This document shows positions 1 to 12,700 of a stretch of DNA of 64,000 bases, in pieces (position 1 is the stretch's first letter; each line of letters opens with the position of its first letter). The stretch is from positions 6,666,741 to 6,730,740 of the forward strand of contig OZ037768.1 in NCBI GenBank assembly GCA_964035545.1. Reading direction: 5' to 3'. The notes below the pieces were generated by a model. It did no database searches, was not told the origin of the DNA, and worked only from the letters and a program-made list of their open reading frames with translations. The DNA comes from Bugula neritina (taxonomy: Eukaryota > Animalia > Bryozoa). A program made the translations under genes and the position numbers.

Positions 1-1043
1 CACTAAGCGAAACTAATAACGTATAAGATAATATTTGCCAATGCTGTTGCCAAAGGAGACCGGACTAAATCAATCATGTGTACATAATACTGATTAATTA
101 TTAGATGATAAAATTATATGAATTTATGTAATCGTCTGCTGAACAGTCAAAGGTGCTCAGCTTCAGTCTCCAAAAGTCTATTAAAAACCACGCTGCTGGG
201 CACATCTGGAACACAGCTTAAAGCCTGCAAGTCCTACTGTCTACCACCATTTAGCTATTTAATTCAATATAAAATATTTGAAAAGCTAAGCATATATATA
301 CGAAGTGCTGAAAAATTGAGATATAAAACTAGAAGTACATTTCTTGTGTGTCCCTTATGAATAAACGCTGATGATATGCAAGCGGCTAATACTACAAGAA
401 GCACTAAACATCTCCAGTTATTATGTAAGCTGTCAATGAATCAAATTAATGGAAAAATCTGACATCTTGCATTACACATTCAGAATATAATTTACTGAAG
501 AGTTCGTTTTTGTCTTTGTTAAAATGAGATAAAATTAAATTAAGGATTAATAAAGACTACTGTCACCTTTATAATTTATTTAGTGTAAAATGAATAAAGA
601 CGAGTTCAAATAGACTAGCTAAATATGATAACTAACCAATATTTTACATAATTCAGACTACATTATACATGTATATGAAACTACGCAAACAACACTGAAT
701 TGGAAGTAAATTTAATATTAAAAAATCACAACCTGAGGTTGTCACATACCACCACCTACGGACAGCAATGTCTGTTAATCATTATGATTGAGCAACAATG
801 TTTATGCCAACACAAAAACCAAATATTGTGTCATGCAAACTGTGCATGCACCGAATTCAGTATGATGACATAATTTGGTCAATTACTGATTTGCAGTACA
901 GAAAAACATCATGTACTCATAACTACTACATAACCCTAGACGTTTAGCTAAAGTTATATTGGTTTTATTATTTAATCATCAATGAAACCGCTGACTTATT
1001 TCAGAAACTCAAGTATACTTATTTGTTACAGTAGAAATCTTAC

Positions 1044-1177
1044 ATCATCCCAGACTTTGAGCACCCAGTCGCCATGTGGATTTTCTCCCCAAGTTTGAAC
1101 AGACATGAAAGGCCAAGCCTGGTAGCCAATGGAATCAAAGTCGTTCTCCCGAGGTCTCATCATGGATACCTGAGTAC
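1044..1177 (-). CDS. PCSK1: PC1/3 exon, P domain
   Basis: [44 protein letters not shown]|GTAAGA. Confidence 0.92.
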
Positions 1178-4100
1178 CTGGATGTATATTCAATATACCT
1201 TCACTGATAATAGTATACGTAACTAATAAAGAACCAGCTCTCTTGTCCTCATGCTCTACTCAATATTCATTAGTAAAAGTATTATTCTTTCATGTAATTG
1301 AATATCTAGGAGTTGTAACCTCTTTTGTTTATTTAACGCCATGGCAGTAATCTGTTTGTTAGCTAATAATATTGTAATAATGTGAAAGTGTTGATAAATA
1401 ATAGTTTTTGTAAAAAATAATTTTGTTGAAGTCACATCATTTTATATAACTTCAAGTGAATTTAGTCATAGTTAGAACTACTTTAGCAACTTGTAAAGAT
1501 TTAGATGGACTCACTTGAGCTAGAGGCTCTGGTAATGCAAAAGAAAAATCACACCAGCCTAATGACAAAACTTCAAGAGCTATAAAATAATTATGTCACA
1601 AATTCTTGCATTTGAAATATATGAATATTTAAAAACGATTATAAAAAGAAAAAATGTCAGCATACACAGTTGGTGAGCAAAACATTTGGATTAAAATGCA
1701 TAAAATATTTTACATGTCTACAGCCATGCATATACCATCACAACAACATGTGCTTATTTACATATATATATATATACACATGTTTGGTGTAACATTCTTG
1801 TCTACTTGTATCAGCTGATAAGTAAAAAGCTGCTCAGTAACACAAATTATAAAACACAAAACTTATATTTTTTATGTTATTTAAATTAAGACGAGACAAA
1901 CGGAAAACACTAATTAATTTAAATACCAAAAAACAAATATTTCAGCACATTTTTAAGCCCTAGATTTGTAAGCATTTCAGATATTTTATTTAGTAGTGTA
2001 GATGACATAATTTATTGATTAGATATTACAAGTTGTAAGTGAAAAAATCCACCATTTAAATTATAAACTCAAAAACAACAAAAGTCCTTAATATAATTGA
2101 TCTAAAAATTTTGAATGTAGTAGAACTAAAATGATGCCAGAATAATACCAACAAGTGAAATTGCCTCAATAACATACTAATGAATTTTAGCAATTGAGAC
2201 AAAATGTTGTAAAAGAAGAATAAAGAATTTGCTTGTATTTAAGAAAAAGAAAGACTCGTCACTGAGAATTAAATAGGATGTAGAATATAATTAGAATACA
2301 ATGTATAAACTCATTTCAAGAGAAGACAACACCCCTGCATTGTTTAAAAATAATTACATAATGCAATAAGTAAAATTTATACAGTATAAATGTAAGTTCA
2401 ACGTCATGACCTCAGATAACTGACCTTGAGCAGAGGTAAGATCCACGCTAAGGTCACCGCGTTTAGAATAAGTAGCTGTCATCACCAGCTCCACATGCTC
2501 TAGATAATTGATGTCACAATCAGACTGGTCAACCCGAATGTGAATATTCACTTGTTGTTGTCGTGATATCACGCTAAAACACGCCACATTACATATCATA
2601 GGGAGTGTCACACCAGAACATGTGCAGTATAATCCTCTGTATCTGCAGGAAAAGATTATTCATTGTTTAGCATAATGTAATTCATACTACTTCTGGTGGT
2701 TTGATAACATTCCCTACCCATTCAATTACAAACCCCAAACTGAACTTAAGCACCTAAATGAATCAGAATATTTATTAACATGACCTAGGTTATTAAATGT
2801 GGTATTAGGACCATTAAAAACATAAATTAATATACAGTCTAACAACATTATATAACCATGAACTGTAAGACTGTTCAACATATGATGTTCATGTACTTGC
2901 ACTCTTTTCAACTTGTGAATCTTGAAACCTTCAGTTTCCAAACATTTCTTTGTGTTTTATAATTTATGAAAAAACAATAACTTGTCAAACGCCAGATAGC
3001 CCATTAGTCATTCTCCATGCCAATGCTGTGAAAACTATGGGATAATAAATGCCAATAAAATCTATTACAATGTCTTCTCCTTTAATATAGCTATTAGGTA
3101 GGTAAATTTCATACCATTATTAATTATTTCTCAGCTTATAATCAGTTGAATAGAACCAACTAGAACTATAATAAATGAAGCTGAAATTTTATAGAAATGG
3201 TAATGAACATAAACTCTACTTGTATCAATTATCACAAAATCAGTTAAAAGCTCTGCCATGCCTGTAATTTGTTGCTGCCGCTGAGCTTAAAAGGTAACAT
3301 CAATTTACAAATTCACATTATACAAAGTACGTGAACAGAAATGACCAAACATCACTAACAGTTAAATGTCAGTCAAAGTTAAATTAAAGGGTAACTCCAG
3401 AAAATACAAGCCAAAGTGCTCTTAATAACATATGGTTATAAAATGATACACAAACACACTTAAAATTACATATGCTGTACAAGAAATCTATAATTATAAC
3501 AACAAAGCCAATTAATGAAATAAGAAAATGCTACTAACAGAGGAAGCTTTCATCTAATTAAAACACCGAATAGAGTGTGAAGAAAACATACAACCAGCAA
3601 GTTTGCACATTATGAGGTTTCAAAAATCAAAATATTTATATTTCAGAGTCAAGTTGAGCCAGTACTAGGGATATACTATGTATCGTTGAAAATTCAATCG
3701 ATTTCTATTATTTCATAAAATTTTAACATCATACTGATATCATAAAAATGCCACTTCAAATATTGTAATACACTTGTAATATACTTGTAATATACTTGTA
3801 ATATTTTATGTGTAACAAGTTCTTTAACTAGGAATAAAAAAATTAATTGCAAACTGTAAATAACTGAAACCACCATATGTGAGATTTCATTTTATAAATA
3901 CTCATATAATAAATTAGGTCTTTTTATAGCATGTTTTGCACTCAAATCAAAGTTAATCGGAGCTAGATCACCTTACCGTCAACTAACCTGGGCAAATCCT
4001 GTGTCACTTCAATTTCACATTTCAAACGAGTTCCAACATTCTTCCAAGTTTCAGCTGCCTCCACCATATCGATGGCATTAAGTAGACCAAATCCGAACCT

Positions 4101-6731
4101 GCAAAAAATAATTCAGTTAGTTGTCAGTGAAAAACATAAAAATTGAATTGTGAAAATACTTACCAGGCTATAAAAACAAAACATGGAAGTTCAGTGCTAA
4201 TTTAATTGCTTGATATGAACTTAATTGCTTTGATGAGAAGATACAACATTTGAGTTAGTGAGAACTCTTTTTAGAAATAGTTCAGCTAATTCTTAAAAAT
4301 ATCATTTTTGAACTTTCTAATACAAAAGAAATATTGTTGCACTTTAAAGGTAATTCATGATTAAAACAGTCTTGAACCAATAATGATTAATATTATTCAT
4401 ATTCAAAATGAACTCAAACTAAAAAGGCCGATTTTAAAATGAATTATAAAATTTTATGTATATCTTTGCTTCAAGTTAAAAAGTCTGTCTTAACAGATAT
4501 TTCTGCCAACAATTTGAATTTTAGTTTAAAAAACATTTGCTATCATTTCAGCTTTCGTCAATTATATTAGGACTGGAAAGGAATATTTTATTTAGATGAA
4601 GTAACATTAGCTATTAGATAGGCAAAGGAGGTGACAATTCCGTTCCAAAATAACTATCTATGGTCAAAATAACAGGTGCATGTAATATATTTAGCTTAAA
4701 TATTTTCATATATCAATAACAGTAATGCGGTTTTAGTTAAAATAGGAACCTGTGGTTGACCTTGAACCCTGCGGCATTAGTCTTCCATCCTGGGTTATTG
4801 TAGAGAGCATACGGAGAAGCTGTCCATGCTATTAGGTGCTGTACATCTCTCCAGCCAAGATATGGACTAACACCAAACACAGAAACAATTTATAAAATAT
4901 GTTATTGAATAAGAAAAAAACTTTTCAATGCATGTCATGAAAAATAAGTAATTAGTTGAAAGGCATGCAAAGGCAAGCAAATTATTACAATGTGGTGACC
5001 ATAGTTTCATAAAAAAATTCACCCAGTGTTTTACCAAACATTAAAAACTTGCATTTGTACAGAAATAATGTTACATTTTTTCAAAGTAGCTTCAATCGAA
5101 CTGTTAATTTAAATCTCTTGCTTTCATATATAACAGGAAACAAAACATGTCTGCATATCAGGTGTATTTACTTTTATTTGGTGGATTTCCAGAAGTGGTA
5201 ACCACATGCAACTGTCCTCAGTGCGCTAAATGGATGTTTTCAACAGACCTATAGTTTGATATGCTTCATTTAATTAGTATTTGGATTTATGAAATAAAAT
5301 CACAATCTCCGTGGAGCCCAAATCAAGTACCCAACCATTAACCATGCCAGCATATCCTAGACCAGCAGTAGTTGCATCCGCCATTATTACTCCCATTAAT
5401 GCAACTTTTTATTATGTTGTTCAGTTTATTAAGTTTAATGGTCTAAGTGACCAAAATAATTGTACCATACATACATTAACATGATATTTCTTTGCAGCTT
5501 AACTAGCGCATTGTCACCCTCGAGGCTATAAAACATCCATCTAGTTTTTTATTGCGACATACATGATAATGACTTAAAGAGAGGGAGAAAGAGACAAAGG
5601 AGTCTTAATACATGGCCACCTCCCAGAACCAGATGGTGGGTAATGAGAACTTGCCAAAGGCTGTCATGTCATGATAACCTAGATGAGTGAGTTATCATGA
5701 CAAATATGGTAATGTCAGGGAGCTCAAGAGCTAAAGAGCTTAACGTTATTACTACATTATCTTAACACTGCTGGGTGTGAAATAATATACAGCATAGCAT
5801 GAAATCAATAATTACAATAATCCAATAGTTTAAAAGAAATGTATTCGAGAAAGTGGATGGGTGAATAAGTGCTAATGTCAGAAGGCAAGGATTGCCAGTT
5901 GCCACAATTCTTGATGGTCTATTTATTATCTATCAGAATAAAACCATTAAAATTCATAACTATAATTAACAATTAAGTTATGGCAGGGATTTTGTTTTAT
6001 ACATTATTTTATCAAAGAAGAGACAATGGATGTGGATATACACCAGCTGCAGGATGACTAAAGCAGATATGTATAACGATCAGGTGCATCGTACAGCTAC
6101 TCACTAATGCTTTTACACACCAGCCAATTCAACTAATATTAATTTCTAACAGTGCATAAATTGTCAACCTAAGTATACACACATTTAATGGTAAAATTTA
6201 GGAAAAAATTGTATAAAATAAGAAGCAGATCAACGCTGTCCAATATCTATTTCTAGCTTGATTTATCAGCAATGCCGACATTGTTCTGGTTTGATAACGA
6301 CGATTGTTTATGTCAAAAATTAATGATACTCTTTTGGCAAAGTATTGAGACAATTGTACAAGGTTGGAATATTGGCAGCTAACAGCACTGCGTTACCACT
6401 TCATCATTGCTAGTCAATGGGTTACATAATTAGTTTAGCAATTACAAATTAATTATTCGAATCAAGTAGCTATTATTATATATAACATTATCAGAAAAAA
6501 TCACAGCCTGAATAAATATATTCATCAATGACAAGTTCAACTTTAATAGAAAATGTCAATCTACAAAGTTGTTTTAATTGTATTATGTAGCTGCATGCTA
6601 TATTATGTTGATATTGGAGTTTGAACCTTTACAGCACTTACTCTTGTGAAAAGAGTCCTTATCCACTACACTTCTAGGTCAAACCAATAACACCGGGATG
6701 TTATTTCTAATTTCAACATATATATATTTAT

Positions 6732-6771
<40 letters not shown>

Positions 6772-9700
6772 TATATATATATACTATATTAATATGCATT
6801 TATGCATATATTAATATAGCGTTATAACTTTTAATAAATACCTAGTAAGTTAATTGAAATATGACAGACTTGGCTAATGCTAGAATAACTGGAAGTATTT
6901 ATACAGGTACATTACTGTTAATATTTAATTGTAGGACCAACTGCTATTACTTAGTAAGTGCCTCTGGGTGTCAAAATTCACCAGGCTGGGAACTGATGTG
7001 AAGGTGTGAAGACACTTCACTGGGAATTTAGACAGTAGTAGGAGACATGGCGCCTCTAGCCGAATACTTATTAATAGTAGTCAGATTATATTATACTCGG
7101 GTATAAAAATATATAAAGTGTCAACGAAATGCCATCACACTCACTAGTAAGTTGTCATATCTTAAAGGAATGGATTAAAATTTATCATTTTTTTATTAAA
7201 CAACAATGTTGTCATGCAGACAGTGCACTAGACAATGCTTGTCATATTTTAAAGCACTTGTCATGCAGATTGAATAATGTAGGCCAGTTACCATGGCCAT
7301 CATACAAGAACCTGTCAAGTATTACACCAGTCTTTCCAAAAAACTTTTCTAACCAATCCCACGCTGTTATAAAGTTTGATAATGATGACAAGTATAAAAC
7401 TAAAAGCATGGTTTACATTCATTAATTATGAAATAATTTTTGGTACAGACTAAAAACTTTCTCACAATACAACTAAACGTGACAATAATTATACAAGTTT
7501 ACATCCAATACATGCATACTGCATAGTCAATGAAGGCAGGCACCACCCACCCTTACTAAGTCAAGTTGTCTCAACACATTACAGAATGTCTTAACACTGC
7601 CACACCCCCCTAGAATGCCATAATCCTTACCAATTCTCATAAAATGATTTTTTATCAGTTATTGATAAAATGTGAAAGTGGGTTCTTTCTAAGTGTAATT
7701 ATAGCATTATTCTAAAATTTTATGACGGTCTTCAAGCAAACAAAGAGAGAGTGTTGTTGACTGAAAAAGAGTTGGCAACGCTTTAACAGGCATTGAGACT
7801 ACTTTGAAGAAAATTCCCCTGTAAATGAAAATTTACTTTTTTTTAAATAGTCAACTTGAAGATGAATGCAAACTAACTTTTCGGTACCAGATTGGTAAAC
7901 CTTATTTTATGTCCAAAAATATGCAGCATTATTCAGTCCACCAACTACACAGCTTATTAGTGGTGTGTGTTTCCTTAGCAACCAACTGGCAAGAGTGTAA
8001 GCATGTTAATTAAATATTGATATAAACACAAATAGAAAATATTAATTTAGGCTATTACCAGCATAAACAAAAATAACATAAGTGACATGGTATTGTCAAC
8101 AATTAGTTATATTACTACGTAATTAGTTATATTACTACGTAGTTATTATTTAGCATAAATAAAAACAGCTGAATTTATTACTTAATCATAATGTGAGTCC
8201 AACCTACTTGGCTTCAAGAACCAACGCAATCACTCCGGCTGCTTGGGGCGCAGCAGCTGACGTCCCCGTAAAGTACTGGGTGCACCCATTATGCAGATCA
8301 GCACTCACCTGAAATTATGGCCAGTTTATAGTAAGCATGCTTTAGCTCATGCTTTAAATGCAATATGCACATTCTAAACCCACTCGACAGCAATGAGTGA
8401 AAATTGCTGCCTCGTCACCATGGCAATATTATGCTTACAACAAATTTGTTAAAGCTTCAAATACGAATATTTTCAATATACTCAGTTAAACAAAAATCTT
8501 GCAACAATTAAAAGAATATCAATATAAATATAGGAGTTGTGCTGATTATGTGACACACCATTTAGTATAGATGTATGACCTGCCAATGTCAATATTAGAC
8601 ACTTACTATTTGCCCTTCTGAGAAGCCGCCACTAGAAAATGTTGTAGCCATGGTACTCGGGCAATACTCCACATAATACGGGCTCACCATCATGGTCGAT
8701 GTAGCACTTATAGAAATGCTGTAGGGACTCGACACATAGCCATCACACTCACAATTGTCGCCTCTAGTTCCGCCGTTGCCTGACGCCCAAACATAGATCA
8801 TACCCCGGCCATGACGTCCCTTGTTAAAAATATCATCATATAAATACATGATGTATATATTGTAGGCTGCGCTTATGTTTTCAGCTAGAAGTAAATACCA
8901 TCAAGAATATGATAAATCATACACATGTATACACACAACATGCATAAAACACAGTTACTATAAATAAAACACATTATGCAAAAGAAATAAATGCTATTTC
9001 AATGTTAGGCTCAATAAAAATAATAAGTTTAATTCAAGATGAGTAGCTATATATACTCGAATGACTTAGCGCCTAAATTCATCACCCAACATTCATTATA
9101 CATTTCCTTTATACAGCAGCCGATATAAATTAATTATATGTAATTCAAATTTGTAATTGCTACTAAAACCTCTTGAAGTAAATAAACATGCTACAACAGT
9201 ACAAAATATTCTTGCATCACTGAAAATGTTGCAACTATCTATGCTTTAAAATGATGTGGAAGATTTCGTAATTATGTAAAGCAGCCTGGAAATAAATTAG
9301 TAATACTTGAAGACATCAAACTGCATTGACTTCCAAATAAAATTAAAATCGCAAGAAAAGAAACTAAGTGTGACATCACCTTTTTGTTTGAATAATCTTC
9401 TTTAGTTAAATGAAATGGTAGATTTAAAAAATTAAAACATTTAAAATCCGCCACAAAATTTGCATATGGGCAGAAATAAGAGCTTAACTAAACTCTTACT
9501 CACACACAAAGACTATTGTTCTCACCTTAGCAATGCCTTTCTCAAACGCCTTTGCTCCAAGAGGGCTCGGGCCATCAACCATCATACCATTGTCTGTTGG
9601 ACCCCATGACGCGGACATGATGTCAATATTTTCCACATTGAATGAAATAGCTCTCGACTCCACAAGATCCGTGACTGCACCATCCAGCACTCGGACACCG

Positions 9701-12700
9701 CCTACTTTGGCATGAGGGGCAATTCCAACCCCACAATAGTTATTGTTAGCCACCATAGCAATAACGCCAGCACATCTTGTTCCATGGCTAAACAAATCGC
9801 TTATCAAATCATTTGAGTGAAAAAAAAGTTTTCAGATGCACATTGATCATAAAAAGTGAAAAACTTGTAAGCTAGCAGAGACAGAGCTGTGAAAAATTAA
9901 AAACCCAAAATACTGTGACATTATTGAAAATTTGGTACCGTTCCAAAAGTTTCAGGAAATTTGTGATTAATGATAGGTGGGCAGTTAAATTAGTCAAGAA
10001 TTATGATCCAGGTATGATTTATCTAAATTTATAACTTATAAATATATATTTTTGGTAAAATAGCTGTCAACCTGGCATTTTATCTAGAGTCACAATTTTG
10101 GTGAGTTCAGACGAGTCAATTAGATATGACCTTAAACTGATTAACATATTTTGCATAAAATATAGCAAAATGAGACAAAAATTCACTAAATACTTACAAA
10201 TTGATAGAATATTAAAAATAAATTAGTCACATTTATTAAAATTTATTTGCATTATGCTTGTGCTGTATATACCTGTTTTCATTAGTGAAATCGTACCGAG
10301 GGAATGGGTCATCATCGTCATCATTTAGGTCATAGCTGGCTTCAGGTGACTACAGGTAAACACATCGCAAATGTAGAATATAGAATATATTATTAGAAAA
10401 ACATTTCTAGAAAAGCATTCAATTAGAGTTTCTTATATATCAAGTATATAACTAACAGTCAATTTAAAATAAACTTGCAAATATATTATTCAATTCCAGC
10501 CATAAATGTTTTAGATGACCTAATGCTAAAAAGTAAAATATAAAAGAAATTCTGGCAATATGCTTAATAAATAAATAAAAGAAAGATCTTATTTGAAGTG
10601 AGAAAAAGCATTTGAAATACAGATGTATTAACTTAGTTTAGCTTCTCTACATACCGGAGTTATTAACAACCTAACCTACTCCTGGAAATTATGACAAATC
10701 TTTCAGTGTAACTTGGCACCAAAAGTATTGACGCTAGTGTCAACAGTCTACGAGTTTATCGCTAAATTCTGAGTTTCGAGTGCGGAAAAGGGCTGGGCTT
10801 GCATATTTTAGCAAGAAATACAAAGAGTAATTTATAAACCATTTTACACTAGATTTATAACAAATACTCTAGAATCTAGAGAATGTCACACTACTTCAAA
10901 AACAATGTCTGTAAAACATAAATTGCAATACGAAATATATAAAGTATGCAAAATTACAAAATATGCTGTATTACTTTTAGTTCAAAATTAGTAACATCAT
11001 TTTGTAACTATGCATTGTTTAGAACTAAAATACTTGTAACATGATATTTACCGGTAAAATGAGTTTTCTATTTCATAACACCAAAAGCAGAGCTTACATA
11101 GTTTTCTTGTATGTCAGTGTGATTCCACTCTAGTCCGTCATCTAGAATACTAACCACCACCCCCTTTCCAGTGTACCCTTTCTGCCATGCTGGTAGAACT
11201 CCCAGATCAGTTTTGACTGATTTTCTATCACCAGGAGGCGTCTTGGCACGATCTACCTAAAATCACAAAGTTTATTCTTAAGATAAACCTGCAGGGAAAG
11301 TACAGAAAGTTTAATCATAATTCCAACCTGATAAGATAGAAAGTACCGGCACAAATGCGAGACATAATATTAGCTAACAATGTGTAAAATATCCTACAAC
11401 AAGAGTATAAAAGCAAGTCACCATTGCTATTCAGTTATACTATCGTTGGCAAAACCAATTTACTAGTTTATTTATTGAGAAACTCAAAATTTGTACGAAT
11501 TTAAATAAAATTAATTTCAACAATCTCACAATTACTTTTATTTGAATAACCTATTTATAATTATTTAATATCAACTGTTGCAAATAAAAAGTGTAACAGG
11601 TACAATAAAATCAATAAACTGATATTACATGATAATTGTAAGCTCACCATGTACCAGTCCTGGAGAGAATTGTTCCACATGGGATCATTAAATGAATGTG
11701 CTAAGATAGTATAAGCTTTCACTTCATTAGCTCTATCAGCCACTGTCAACTGTTTTGATAAAGTGCCTCTTTTCTCTCTTATTCTAGCAAACTGTTGTTC
11801 ACTCCATACCACCTGCATTGAAATATGTATAGAATAACACGTAACATCTGCATTAAATAAAAATAGAATACAAAGTAACATCTGCTTTAAATAAATATAG
11901 AATACAGAGTAAATTATTTATTATAAATTAGCTGCATTAAATAGAACGCAGCATTTTTTATTATAAACTTATTTAGTTATCATAAGATGGCTAAAAAGTG
12001 TGTAGTCAAAACTGTGTGTTCTGTTACAAAACATCTCATTTTATGGCAAAATGATCATTATACACTATCATTTTAGTTTTATTTATAATCAGGCTGATAG
12101 TCTATATAACACATTTAGCCAAAGCAAAAAAGGGTTTCTAAAAAAAATCTCAAAAATACCGTTGACTAGCAACTGATTTACAATTAGTAGAGTGAGAACC
12201 ATGGGTTACCTTAGGGTGGTCTGACAATCGGTTCGCATGAACATCAGCTCTTCTTTTATGTCTTTTGGGTACTTCTTTATGGTATAGCAAATAATGATTA
12301 TCAAGAGAGCCATGCTGAAAATATTACAAAATTAGAACTATATAAATAAAAATACAATTTTTATCATAAATTTCAATTTAAATATCAAATGCTTTCCTTA
12401 AATTATGCTAAAATAAATAGCAAGACACCAGCTACCAGAAATTTCAAACTAATCATGTAGATTCTAGATAGATTACATCACATTGATTTAGTGTTACATA
12501 TGCAAATTTATAATTAGCTACCAAATTAAGTAGAATCAAAAAGTTATCACTATATAGCCAATTGGAAGTAAAATCTTAGAACACTAAGAAATAAAAGCAT
12601 TATTTTTATGATAATAAAAAAATATTATTTAAATATAATAATAGTTAAAGGTGGTGACTAATTAATCTGGTAATTATTGCGGTGTGAAAAGAGACTATTT

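Noticed and set aside
118-360. Possible next PC1/3 exon or a plus-strand ORF
   Set aside because: No frame gives the expected end-of-P-domain motif (L.LHGT); the gene probably continues beyond the window
4164-4167. tttatag|CCTG|gtaagt, an apparent 4-nt microexon in a PC1/3 intron
   Set aside because: Inclusion shifts frame to a stop a few codons later, and the 33-nt in-frame alternative would disrupt a conserved motif; cannot be supported without RNA data
10640-10810. CpG-richer segment resembling a MITE remnant (also 62400-62445)
   Set aside because: No terminal inverted repeats, target-site duplication or second copy visible in the window
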